From assembly GCF_963676685.1 (NCBI RefSeq), contig NC_092349.1, forward strand, positions 14,384,001 through 14,448,000: 64,000 nt of DNA. The letters run 5' to 3'. Each line of letters starts with the position of its first letter. Position 1 is the first letter of the stretch. Positions 14,401 through 26,784 of this stretch are shown here, piece by piece. Both the position numbers and the translations under genes were made by a program. The notes below the pieces were generated by a model. The model ran no database searches, was not told where the DNA came from, and worked only from the letters and a program-made list of their open reading frames with translations. The DNA comes from Mytilus edulis (taxonomy: Eukaryota).

Positions 14401-16235
14401 GATAAATGATTATACAACTTTGAATAACGAATTTAATGAAACTATACAGTACATAGACATGTTTTCCTTTTTCTTTATTTTAACTCTTGAGGCGTAAAAA
14501 GTATCCTGTTTGCTAGCTGTTTATCTACACAAAACTATGATAACTGGAAACACTTTGTTTTTTATGGATAAATTGACGATATGCCAGTTTTAACACTTGC
14601 AATTTACAAAATAGTGAAGGTCCACATCGAGGAACGATATATTTTAGACTGTAGGATTATTCAGGTAAACCCAATCTTATAACTGAATATTAAAAGATGT
14701 GGTATGAGTGCCAATGGGACAACTCTCTATCCAAGTCTAATTTGTAAAAGTAAACCATTATAGGTCAAAGGACGGTCTTCAACGCGGAGTCTTGGCTCAC
14801 ACCACACAGCTAGCTATAAAGGGCTAAAAAAAGACTACACTGTAAAACCATTCAAACTGGAATAACCAACGGTCTAATCTATATATAAAACGAGAAACGA
14901 GAAACACATCAACAACCGACAACCGCTGAAGATCAGGTTCCTGACTAAGGACCGGTGCAAACAAATGCAGCGGGTTCGAACGTTTTTAAAGGTAACCACC
15001 TTCATCCTTTCTTGAAACAATCGTGTAACATCACACCATAGAAAGGCCCACTAGAAAATATCAATTGAAACGGGTTAACTCAATCAAAAGACATATCAAC
15101 ACAAACAAGTTAATATACATCGAGCGAATAAATTTGATTTACGACACTATGTAAATACGAAATAATAAAATAAGGAGTGAGATGTCAAAAAAATTCGGAA
15201 GACAACCATAGCCTCAAACAAAATGCCGTCAAATAGAAAAAATTCACAGGTAAATGAAAATATTTTTGTTGTAAGGTATTCAGTAATGGAGAACGGAAAT
15301 AATTTTGTTGTTCATAGTAAGGGAACAGAAGGGAAATTTAATTAAGCCAAACAAGTAAAAAGTTGAAGAGCATTGAGGATCCAAATTTCCAAAACGTTGT
15401 GCCAAATACGGCTAAGGTAATCTATACCTGGGATAAGAAAATCCTTAATTTTTCGAAAAGTTCAAAGTTCTCTAAACAGGAAAGCTGTTTTATATTAAAA
15501 AAAAAGAGACGATATATATAAAAGACGAGAAATATAAAAGATAAAGTTTATTAATTTGCGGTAGATCTTCTTTTTTTTGCCATTGTTCATGTTGCTAAAT
15601 TGCACCATGTCTTTCTTTTTGTATGGAATGCCAATTATAACCATTAAGATTCTGAAACAAATTGCATTCACAATGGCACAGGATTATGGTCTGAAATAGA
15701 ATTTGCTGGAAATATATCAATGTGGTGTCTAACATAACATAAATGTGCAGAGAATTTAAATGGAACCCATTTCTCCTTAAACAAATGATTATTAAACTTA
15801 AGTTTAAAATAATTCTAAATGATACATTTGTTAGAATTGAAAAAAGATATCAGCATGGTATTGAAAAGGGTTCAATAAGAATTTTCAATTGAAAAAAATA
15901 AAGTTTGACTTTGAAATAATATATAAAATCAATTGTTCTCCTACATGCACGACAAAATAACTTAATTGAACACCATTATTTCATAAAAATAGTACATGTC
16001 TTGCCCCATGGGACAAAACATGACTGCACAAATAGTAATTTCAAGTCTCTTAGGTTCTTTTGAACAATTGTCGCTGCGTGCATATTTTTGTATTATATCA
16101 AGTCCTGTCTTTGATTTCATGCACGAAAAGCATTCATTTTTGAGTGAATAAGCGTAATTAAAATGGGTTTATAAAATTCCTGCAAATATTACTAGTTTAT
16201 ATTAAATAATTCATCAAATCTTCAGATGAAAAAAA
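11140..16235 (+). repeat. Tandem segmental duplication (copy A ~11140-13800, copy B ~14050-16235)
   Basis: Colinear similarity, e.g. 11370/14277 AGAAACCTATGCTGTGTCAAATA, 12421/14754 CCATTATAGGTCAAAGGACGG, 13060/15500 AAAAGAGACGATATATATAAAAGAC. Each copy has a private insertion (~11805-12400 in A, ~15340-15480 in B). Confidence 0.9.
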
Positions 16236-16242
16236 AAAGTCT

Positions 16243-16619
16243 GACAATTTTAGAAAAGTTTGTTAAATCATGTCAGTACCGAAGTACTGAATACTGAGCT
16301 GAAGATACCCCCGGGGACTGATAGTCCACCAGCAAAGGTATCGACCCAGTCATGTAAAAATATGAAAACAACACGTTTAATAATGTCATGCGTTCGAAGC
16401 GCTTTTCTGGATTTACCGTCATTAGGAATGCTCAAAGCCAAACATTTGAAATCCGAGGATGTATAAGTACCGAAACCGTTGAAGAGCTATTTGTAAAAAA
16501 TACCTAAAATAAATAGCCAAATTCTTCTAAAGTCAACTTTGCCTAAGGGAGTTGAAACCTTAGTTTCTTAATAATTTCAAAATTTATAAACGGACAATTT
16601 TAGAAAAGTTTGTTAAATC
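16243..16619 (-). mobile_element. 350-bp retrozyme/Penelope pLTR-like unit with 27-bp terminal direct repeat and a degenerate hammerhead ribozyme
   Basis: GACAATTTTAGAAAAGTTTGTTAAATC occurs at 16243 and 16593 (period 350). Minus strand 16431-16390 reads GCATTC-CTAATGA-CGGTAAATCCA-GAAA-AGCGCT-TC-GAACGC. Confidence 0.65.
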
Positions 16620-17249
16620 GTAAACTTCGTGAGCGATTACAAAATAAATACCACTTATTTATAGATTCGTTTTGTTAATGTAACTTCATTATCGAACAGG
16701 TCGAGAGAAAACAAATATGTTCATTTCCCAAAACTTTATTTTTGTAGAGACTAATGATAAACCATTATTAGAGAAATGTAGAATAAATGTAACTACTATT
16801 TAAACATTAAAATAACTCCTTAAAAAAATACGTATTGTTCTAAGCATAGGTGCAAGGTATTAGTTTCGATAACTGCTTGACAATTATATTCAGTCAATCA
16901 TTAATCATATATTACAACACACATTGAAAAAGAGACACTATCACAAAAATCATTCTGTCTCAAATTTTGGTGAAGGTTGGCGGAAGTTGAACGTTTAAAC
17001 CCGGTGCATGTTTATGCGCAAGTCCTAAGACTGTTGCCTGTCGTTCAGGGGTTGTTATTTTTTTGTTATGATGATACATGTAGGTGTTTATCGTTACTTG
17101 TTTCTTTATATAGATTATACCGTTGATTTTCCTGTTTGGGTTGCTTTACACTAGTCATTTATATCTTGCTGTTTGTTGTGAATCAAGGCTCGGCGGTGAA
17201 GACTGTACTTTGAAATATAATAGTGAATTAGATGGAGTGTAGCTCATAA

Positions 17250-18420
17250 GTATGGCAAGCCGTTCTCGTCAAAACTATGTTTAAACCATTTTTCGAAAAA
17301 TTTACACAGTGAGAATTACAACAAAGCACACTGAGATTTAAAAACTTCAAAACGCACACTGAGAATTAAAAATTACACACTGAGAATTGAAAATTACACA
17401 CTGAGAATTAAAAATTTACACACTGAGATTTCATAAAGACGCACTGAGATTACAAAAATGAAAAACGCACACTGAGAATTGAAAATTACACACTGAGATT
17501 TCAAAAAGACACACTGAGAATAAATAAACTGAAAACACACACTGAGAATTTGAAATTACACACTGAGAATTTAAAAATACACACTGAGAATTTAAAATTA
17601 CACACTGAGATTTGTGCGCACTTTTTATGCGCACATATCTAATTAGCATACTTAATCTGAATCTATTACAAACTTAAAACAACAAGGGGACATAACTCGT
17701 TAGTCCTTCGATTTGGTTCCAAATTTTTAATAAAAAAAAAAATACCCACTTACTCTTATTACAAAATATAACCAAATGGTGAAAAACTTTATTAAAATTA
17801 TAAGAAAACATTGGAACAACCTGCAAAAGAATGCAGCAAAATTTTTACTCTCTCCTCTCGTCCAAGGAAAGAGTCTACTATAGCATATAAACGTAACAAA
17901 AATATAAAAGATTAACTAGCGAAATCAGGAAAACAGTTGGGAAACTTTTGAAAAGTGACCCATGTTTAATTACTGGTAGTAATGACCTGAAATATAGGCA
18001 ACAAACTAACTTATGAATATAAGCGATGTTAAGTCTTGAAATTTATTACGAATGTTGGTTGAAGGAATCGCATTTCATTATAATGACAAGAGTTCTTGAG
18101 ATCAAGATATTAATCTGTTGAATTATTCATCTCATGAATATTCATTAGTGATTTGCATATTAATCTCAGTGTGTATTTTTAAAATCTCAGTGTGTAATTA
18201 ACAATTCTCAGTGTGTGTTTTTCAATTTATTTCATCTCAGTGTGTCTTTTTAAAATCTCAGTGTGTAATTTTGAATTCTCAGTGTGTGTTTTTTATTTTT
18301 TTAAATCTCAGTGTGTAATTTCGATTTCTCAGCGTGTTGTTTTAGGTTTTTAAATCTCAGTGTGTATTTTTTTCGAAAAAAGGGTTTAAACATAGTTTTG
18401 ACGAGAACGGCTTGCCATAC
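17250..18420. mobile_element. Foldback-like non-autonomous DNA transposon with ~50-bp TIRs and inverted subterminal 21-bp tandem arrays
   Basis: ATAA|GTATGGCAAGCCGTTCTCGTCAAAACTATGTTTAAACC ... GGTTTAAACATAGTTTTGACGAGAACGGCTTGCCATAC|ATAA. ACACACTGAGA repeats run forward at 17300-17615 and in reverse at 18160-18370. 4-bp TSD ATAA. Confidence 0.92.
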
Positions 18421-18621
18421 ATAAGCACTCATATCACATATCTTATTCGTTTCAAATGAATTGAGACACAATCCGAACGACACAAAAATAAAAAGAATAT
18501 TTAAGATTAATCACAGCTAGATAGATGCATCAATAGTAGCATTTATGTTGTCTGTGTATTGACATGTATAATTTATGTGTTACAAAATATCATACGTATC
18601 GAGAACGAATCCATGATATCC

Positions 18622-18720
18622 TATAACAAAATCGGACTATAACAAACTCGGCCTATAACATTATCGACCTCCCAAAATCGGACTATAACAAACTCGGACT
18701 ATACCAAACTCGGACTACTA
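18622..18720. repeat. Short ~16-17-bp tandem repeat (AACTCGGACTATAACA-like)
   Basis: 5-6 imperfect copies visible. Confidence 0.75.
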
Positions 18721-19520
18721 TAAGAATATAACTTGACCAATACTCAACGCTTCCGGTGGGCGCATAGTCCATAGTTGACTCATTGAAATTCATACCACAT
18801 ATCCTTATTCTTATATTTTTAGATATTGAATACGAAATTAAAATCCAATAATGGCCATGACCAATATAAATATCAGAATTGAAAATAAACAAATAGGAAA
18901 CATAAACCAATTCGCCTTTTCAGAATCTGAAAGATTATGGGTAATCTCATTGTTCTTACATCAAAATGAAAATAATGTTACGTCATTTATTGAAGTTCAA
19001 TTGTTTAGAATGTTTTTAACCAATCACAACGTTTTGATGTACGCTTTTGAAAATATTACCCAGAATGCATTAGGTTCTGAAACTGCGAATTGAAATCCCT
19101 ATTGTGACATCAAGTACCACAGGCTTCTAAGAACTACTATTCCTAATCAGTAAAGTAAACGCCATGCTTTCAAATGAAATGAGAGGAATAATAGATAGTG
19201 TAGTTCCAATTGATTTCACCAACGTCTGTGCGTCAGTATTGACGTATTTTGTTATTGTTATTGTTGCTTATTCTTTAGTCCTCTATGTTGTGTCTTGTGT
19301 ACTATTGTTTGTCTGTTTGTCTTTTTCATTTTTAGCCATGACGTTGTCAGTTTATTTTCGATTTATGAGTTTGACTTTCCCTCTGGTATCTTTCGTCCCT
19401 CTTTTGTTTCTTATGTTTGTTACTCACATTCCTCTTTAATTTAATACGAAATCATTATACACAAATATAGGACGAAATTACCGTTCTGTATATTTTTCCT
19501 CTGTCGTAACATATTTCCTT

Positions 19521-20342
19521 AATAAAATTGAGAATGGAAATGGGGAATGTGTCAAAGAGACAACAACCTGACCATAGAAAAAACAACAGCAGAAGGTCAC
19601 TAACAGGTCTTCAATGTAGCGAGACATTCCCGCACCCGTAGGTGTCCTTCAGCTGGCCCCTAAACAAATATATACTAGTTCAGTGATAATGAACGCCATA
19701 CTAATTTCCGAATTGTACACAAGAAACTAAAATTAAAAAAATACAAGACTAACAATGGCCAGAGGCTCCTGACTTGGGACAGGCGCAAAAATGCGGCGGG
19801 GTTAAACATGTTTATGAGATCTCAACCCTCCCCCTATACCTCTAGCCAATGTAGAAAAGTAAATGCATAACAATACGCACATTTAAAATTCAATTCAAGA
19901 GAAGTCCGAGTCTGATGTCAGAAGATGTAACCAAAGAAAATAAACAAAATGACAATAATACATAAATAACAACAGACTACTAGCAGTTAACTGACATGCC
20001 AGCTCCAGACTTCAATTAAACTGATTGAAAGATTATGATTTCATCATATGAATATCAGGCACAATCCTTCCCGTTAGGGGTTTAGTATCATACCATCATA
20101 ACATATATGAGAAGAACATAACCCGTGTCATGCCAACAACTGGTTTTTTAATAAATGTGTTTAGTTCCGATGCAAAGACCCTATAAGTGAATCAATATTA
20201 ACGCCAAAATAAGCAATCTTTAGTGACCTGACAACAGTATCGTAACTATATCCCTTCTTGATAAGTCTATTTAAAGAATTTGTTAGTTTCTGAGGTGAGT
20301 ACTGACATTTCTGTGCTTTATAAAGAATATTTCCATAAAAAA
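19521..20342 (+). mobile_element. High-copy dispersed repeat family (other pieces at 1-240, 11805-12390, 31520-31760 minus, 51220-51410)
   Basis: Near-identical blocks beginning AATAAAATTGAGAATGGAAATGGGGAATGTGTCAAAGAGACAACAACC; positions 1-190 of the window match 20155-20342. Confidence 0.85.
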
Positions 20343-21149
20343 TTAAGTTTGAATGTACATCGCTGTCTTTAAAATGAATAAATGAATATTATTACCTCAA
20401 GTACATATCACAATAATTATAACAATTATTGCCATTCGGTAAACAACAAAACAAGCGTTTTAATGTATGACTGAAAGCAAAACCCATATACCACAAATGA
20501 ACAGAGTACAGGAAGATGTATATGATCGGTTTACATTATAGTACAATCATGAAACTATAATGCATTTTAAGACCACCTATCAATTATAATATAAGAACCA
20601 GCTACATAAATGTTATAACCATATATTAAACTCAACATTGCCCCGAGTTTAAGTATTGAAACCCTAAAGTGCTTGTTATCCAGGTTTAATCCACTATTTT
20701 CTACATGAAGAAATATTAGTTCAGTGTAGCAAGTTAGAAATATGACAGTTGTTTTCCATTTCCTTGTTGTGTTTGAGCTTCTTCTTTTCATTTGATAAAG
20801 GATTTTCCGTTTAAAACGATCCTCGGAGTTCTTATTTATTTTCTTTTCAATATATTTAATTAATTGAGATCTTGAAATGTGACATGTACGAACATATGTT
20901 TTGCCAAGTGAATAACTAGACTAACCGTATAGTATAGTCTTTTCATGTACACATATGGTCATTTCATTTGTGTTGATGAATTCTGCTTTTTCTCCTGGAT
21001 TTCGCATTTTGATTGCGTTTTCCATTTATTTCAATTTTTATCTATTATCTTGAAAAATCAAATGATAAACGAAGGTATTTGCAGTTTTTAAAATAACTTT
21101 AATTTTTTCTTATTCGCATGCAACTATATTTTACTTCAACTGCACTAGA

Positions 21150-23605
21150 TTAGCAATCTGCAAAAGAGTAAAGAAATATCGTGTATTAATAAAGCTGTAC
21201 TAACTGAAGTTCAAATCTCGACAATCTATTTTAAAAATACGAACAAAGTGAAAAAATTGAAGGAATCAGTAGACGTAATGTCTCTATGATATGTATGTAG
21301 TTTTACAAATCAGACGAATTCTCTGGAATCCTAGATCAACATGACTCGTTAATTAAGACAAATATATCATGTATATATCGTTTCAGTTAACAAATAAGTT
21401 ATATGCCCTAAAAACTTGTATTCACGAAAAAATTAAATATTTCCACTGCCCAATGTGAGTTTATAAATGACAAGCGGGGATAATCCAGTACATTGATTGT
21501 AGGTTAACAATCTTGTCTATCAAATGACACAATTGCATACAATGTAACTTTAATTTGAAAGTTTTTTTTCTTTTCATTGTTACAGATAACTATTTTGTCT
21601 CGTATATTTTCTATAAAATCATATAAATTGCTGATACTTTTAGTCTTTTTCTGTCTGAATTTTATAGTATTTTGAAACTTAAGAATTTTACTCTGTTCAA
21701 AAGTAAGTAAAATAATCACTTCATTCAGCAAATTATTACCTGTTGCAAAACTGAGCCTTTCACTACTGGTTTCTGTCCCCGCCGAATTAGAAGCCTTACA
21801 TACATACATTCCACTATCAGAATCTTTCAAATTTACTATTATCACCCTTCCAAATAAAAAAAATAGTAAATCAAACAGCATACATTATCCAAATAAAACT
21901 AAAAGGTTACTACATCTCCACATTAAGAATATTTGGTACATCTTTATCTACTTCTTTAGATCTATGCATCCTATATATTCACACTTAAAGTTGGTTGTAG
22001 AATACTTTTTTTTAACTTTGTAATATAATGAGGGAAACATGACAACGAAATATTTTGTTAAATCCTGCACAGTTCTAATATATAGAATTTAATCATAAAA
22101 TGTCGAATATACCGGTAATAGAAAACAAAGGATATGGGGTACATATATACGACATGATTGAGCAGTCAGTTGCAGACGTTTTATATATAGAATAACATTT
22201 TTTATACTTTTCATGATTACTAATGCCATTTTAATAATTTATTATTATTTATGTATATCACTTACTGATTGATGTCTGATGTTGGCACATCAAATCATAA
22301 GGTAAACAGAGTAGTCCTATATTATATATGCGTTTGAAAATATTTGTTTTTCTTTGTAAGTAAAATCAGCGGTGGTTTATGTAGTGGTTGTGTTTCTCAA
22401 CTCTTATTGTTATTTGTAGTGTTTTGTAAATTGTTTAGTTTTTTGACAGATTGTCAAATATTTGTCGGTCCCCCTTTTAGTTTAAGATTATATATTGCAT
22501 CTTATATACTGACTCACGTGGTTGGTCATGAGTTTTGTCATGTGGTTTTGTAAGAATTACCTTGATGATCCAGAGGAATGTCGTCTGATGTTAAAACGAC
22601 CACCATGTTCTAATTTGACTCCATCTTTAAACCATTCATAATCGGGCAATGGGTCTCCACTTATGTCACAAAACAGCATTGCGCCTTGTCCAATACAGGC
22701 TTTGGTCATTTCTAACTCCGCGTACTTTGAAATTAATAGACCTTAATATACAAGCACATAGTGAAATCCTTAATATGTCAATATAACACAACGTTGCAAT
22801 ATAGTTAACTCCTTTACTGCATTTAACACATATTCAGACTTCGTTCTACACGATAGACAGCAGTGATCATGTCGGGTCAAAACAGTTATAACTTAAATAG
22901 GAAGTTTTAGCCGATAGAATGTCTGTACACTCGCTTCAAGAATTGACTAACTGAGTTTGCAGGTTTATAACAAAAAGGATTTTGATATTTATCATCGCGA
23001 TAAATTGTTCAATATTGTGTTTGGTAAACAAAATTAAAATGAACTAGAAACTTAATATAAAGGGAAATAAACAAGAACATAACAGTCAATCTAGCAACAA
23101 ACTATTCAAAAAGTAAACATAATTCAATAAATATTGCAGCTTTAGTTGATTTAAAAAGTTACCTTGGTGCGGCATCTGTCATGCTAATCTAGCAGTTAAT
23201 ATTTCCCCATTAGTCTTGCATTATAAGTTATATCGTTCGCTACTGACCCCCCATTAAACCATAAAGGGTAAGTAAAATCCCTATATATTTCATTCACCCT
23301 CTATGGATTCGTTGGGGGTCAGTAGTGTACCGTATAACGAACTTATCGCACGCAGGACTTATACTACCCCGTTTTGTAGAAAAATAAACAATGAAATACA
23401 ACAACATCAGTAGACGACGTCACCATTAACAGGAGACGTGACGTCATGAACCCCCTATGAAATTTACTAACCACGTGTCGGCTCTAAACCAATCACAACG
23501 TGATATTTTACCAGTGGTGCGATAAAATATAATAATCTTACCATGAGTTGCAATCACAAACGTACAACATAACATGAACACATTAAACGTGAAACCAACC
23601 ATCAT
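21150..23605 (-). CDS. Small secreted single immunoglobulin (I-set) domain protein, proposed exons 23605-23542, 22741-22561, 21846-21740, 21157-21150 (~119 aa)
   Basis: The Ig core is clear: GQGAMLFCDISGDPLPDYEWFKDG...R/VIIVNLKDSDSGMYVCKASNSAG (C-W-DxGxYxC). A phase-compatible signal-peptide exon (MMVGFTFNVFMLCCTFVIATHG) and a terminal exon (DC*) complete it. Two acceptors are weak AAG sites, so the N-terminal model is less certain than the core. Confidence 0.7.
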
Positions 23606-24948
23606 TACTTGTGTTTACTACAAAAAAAATATTTCAGTAAAAGTACTATCATTATGCTAATAACATTATTTCGATCGGTAATATATATGGTAGCGTACCA
23701 TTGTCATTGAGAATGTACCTATACCTACATTAAAAAATCTAAGGGTGTCCCTGGTGAAGCAGGATCTACCATCCCATCGAATTACATAAGATCGCCCCTG
23801 GGTTTTTTTGTAACATTATGATGCTAAGTCTTCATGTTTCTAAATTGTATTTTGTATACTTTTGTTTGTCTTTTCTATACAGTTATTCGTCGTTGTTAAA
23901 CAATGGTTAACGGCCTGGTCAGTTTAATTTTCACTTATGAAATTGAATTTCTTTGTTGTTCATGTTGGTATTTAGGACTGTCTTTGATTATTAAGTATGT
24001 TTTTAGGGAGAAGCTAAAAAAACGATTCTGGTTGCGTAGTTTTCTCGCTGTGTTCAAAGATCTTTGGTTCTTACTGGCTATTTTCTGCTCGCACTTTTGT
24101 TTGTTACCTTCGTCTACGATACATCCCATTGAAACATAATTAATCTTTATACATTTAAAAGCAATTTCGTGGGAAATTAAGCACGATTTATACAAAAAGA
24201 AAATCACTGTTACACTTACCATCTGAAATTGCCTTTCAAGTGTGTCTGCCGTGATTATTTAAACACTAGTTTCCGGCTAATAATAGCAATTACGGTTGAT
24301 TATTGTGATAAGCTGTTAAATCGACGTTTATAACATTTACAGGGTTATTTCTTATCTGACAAAATCTAAGTAGCATGAATAAACAAAACTCCGAAAGAGC
24401 CATTAACCCCCCCCCCCCCCCCTTTCCGAAAAACCTATGTGTATGTTCAGTGGTTGTCGTCTGTTTATGTGGTTCATAAGTGTTTTTCGTTTTTCGTTTT
24501 TATATAGATTAGAGCGTTGGTTTTCCCGTTTGAATGTTTTTACACTAGTAAATTTTGGGGTCCTTTATAGCTTGCTGTTCGGTGTCAGCCAAAGCTTCGC
24601 GTTGAAGGCCGTACTTTGACTTATAAAAAATCACTGTTACACTAAACATCTGAAATTGCCTTTCAAGTGTGTCTGCCTTGATTATTTAAACACTAGTTGC
24701 CGGCCAATGATAGCAATTAGGGTTGATTCTTGTGATAAGGTGTTAAATCGACGTTTGTAAATACGGATTGTATGTGTTATTAAAATTTGCTGTTACAAAA
24801 TGTACGAAATTATTATAGATTACGGAATGTTTCTCCCTCATGCAAAGCTCTGATTCCTTTAACGGATTTGGCTATACCTTTTGGACCATTTGGATTATAG
24901 CGCTTCATTTTTTATATAAGCTTTGAGTTTCAAATATTTTGGCCACGA

Positions 24949-24992
24949 GCATCACTGAAGAGACATGTATTGTCGAAATGCGCATCTGGTGC
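24949..24992 (+). ncRNA. Minimal type I hammerhead ribozyme within a retrozyme/PLE fragment (~24762-25015)
   Basis: GCATCA-CTGAAGA-GACA(TGTAT)TGTC-GAAA-TGCGCA-TC-TGGTGC: complete core, stems I and II, palindromic stem III. Confidence 0.85.
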
Positions 24993-25349
24993 AGTAAATT
25001 GGTACCGTTAATGTTATGTTAACATTCACTGGGTTATTTCTTATCTGACAAAAATTTAATAACATGAATAAAATAATTTCCAAACGAGCCATCCCCCATA
25101 GAAAAATCTTTGTGTATGTTCAGTGGTTTTAGTCTGTTTATGTGGTTCGTAAATGTAAGTGGGTTTTTTTTTCCGTCTTTACGCTAGTTATTTTTGGGGT
25201 CCTTTATAGCTTGTTGTTCGGTGTAAGCATAGAATGGTTTACCTTTACAAATTGTTACTTACATACTCATACTACATCTACCCCATGTTCCTATAACTAT
25301 ATCAATTGTGGTAATTTTAAGGTCTTTATAAACTATTAATCGGGCTATT

Positions 25350-25831
25350 ATTTTATCCCCCACCTACGATAGTAGAGGGGCATTATGTTTTCTGGTCTGT
25401 GCCTCCGTCCGTCCGTTCGTTCGTCCGTTCGTTCGTTCGTCCGTCTGTGCGTCCGTTCGCTTCAGGTTAAAGTTTTTGGTCAAGGTAGTTTTTGAAGAAT
25501 TTGAAGTCCAATCAACTTGAGACTTAGTACTCATGTTCCCCATGATATGATCTTTCTAATGTTAATGCCAAATTATAGTTTTGACCCCAATTTCATGGTC
25601 CACTGAACATAGAAAATAATAGTGTGAAGTTCAGGTTAAAGTTTTTGGTCAAGGTAGTTTTTGATGAAGTTAAAGTTACATCAACTTGAAACTTAGTACA
25701 CATGTTCCCTATGATATGATCTTTCTAATTTTAATTCCAAAGTAAAGTTTTGGTCCCAATTGCACGGTCCACTGAACATAGAAAATGATAGTGCGAGTGG
25801 GGCATTCGTGTACTATGGACACATTCTTGTT
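25350..25831 (+). mobile_element. HINE/DINE-1 (Helentron-derived) element with (GTCC/GTTC)n microsatellite and two ~170-bp core repeats
   Basis: T-run start, 5' CCCC...GGGGCAT motif, CCGTCCGTTCGT microsatellite, duplicated TTCAGGTTAAAGTTTTTGGTCAAGGTAG core, 3' GGGGCAT...GTGT...ACAC hairpin and TT end. Confidence 0.8.
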
Positions 25832-26784
25832 CGTTAAGCTTTGTTGTATCATTACATTTTATATTAACATTGTCATATTAACTTTTTATCAGTCGTTTTG
25901 TCTGGTGAATTTGTCTTCGTCATTAATCATACTTTATCCAATAAATACACGATGAAATAAGTTTAAGGATGTATTCCCCTTTTCTTTATGTTTGAAAACA
26001 AAGGCAATTTATACTGGTCTTGAAAATTCACAAATCGTCCGACAAAATAAATCCGGGCAACAAACCAAAACCGAGCCAAACACATCAACCATAAAACGAA
26101 AACAAAGGAACAACAGGAACATCGGGGTGCAACAAAAACATATCTTAACGCATAGAAACGAGAAAAATGATAACAAACCTCACGCTTTAAGATAATGTTA
26201 ACAAAATATCGCTTAACACTTCGTGACAGAAATACAGCACAAACACACGCAAGAACATTCATAACAGAGAAAGACACAAACAAATAATATTATAGTCGAC
26301 ACAACAACAAACATAGATCATCAGCGACAAACACCGCATAAGATCAAAACGGTGATGTGCTGACGTAACTAACAGGCAATCTCGAACTTTATACAATTAT
26401 TTTCACAATATTTGTCCAAAACAATTATCATAACAATGATGGTGTGGTAAGGCAACAAACGTCAAGATATAATATTACCAACTATCCGAAACCACAACAG
26501 AAGCATAAAAAATAAATATAAAAACAATACAGATTGTTATTCTGTGATTTTTTTAGGTATATTTTCTAGTTTGATTTTTTCTTTGATTTTTGTTTTAAAT
26601 TATTTCGTCATTTCACACAAATCATATCTTTTTTCGATCTGCACTTTGATTTATTCTGTTTAAAGTTATCTTTGTACTTCATAATTCCTCCGAATTCATT
26701 TGTCTTTGTATTGTTGATATTTCTATCATCATGATCATACAAACCTCTTGTCTGTTTTGAGCTGAGTTTTTCGTCGTTGTTTTA

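Noticed and set aside
17431-17649. ORF with NSQCV repeats
   Set aside because: It is a translation of the 21-bp subterminal array of the foldback element.
19164-19439. Hydrophobic short ORFs (also 1174, 24437, 36382, 47770, 51826, 52114) resembling membrane peptides
   Set aside because: They fall in T-rich high-copy dispersed repeats that recur through the window, so they are compositional artefacts.
23163-23188. 26-nt candidate exon (ISMTDAAPR) for the Ig gene
   Set aside because: After the phase-1 signal exon it introduces an immediate TAG, and in its open frame it needs a frameshift in the next exon. Left out of the model, though not excluded without cDNA.
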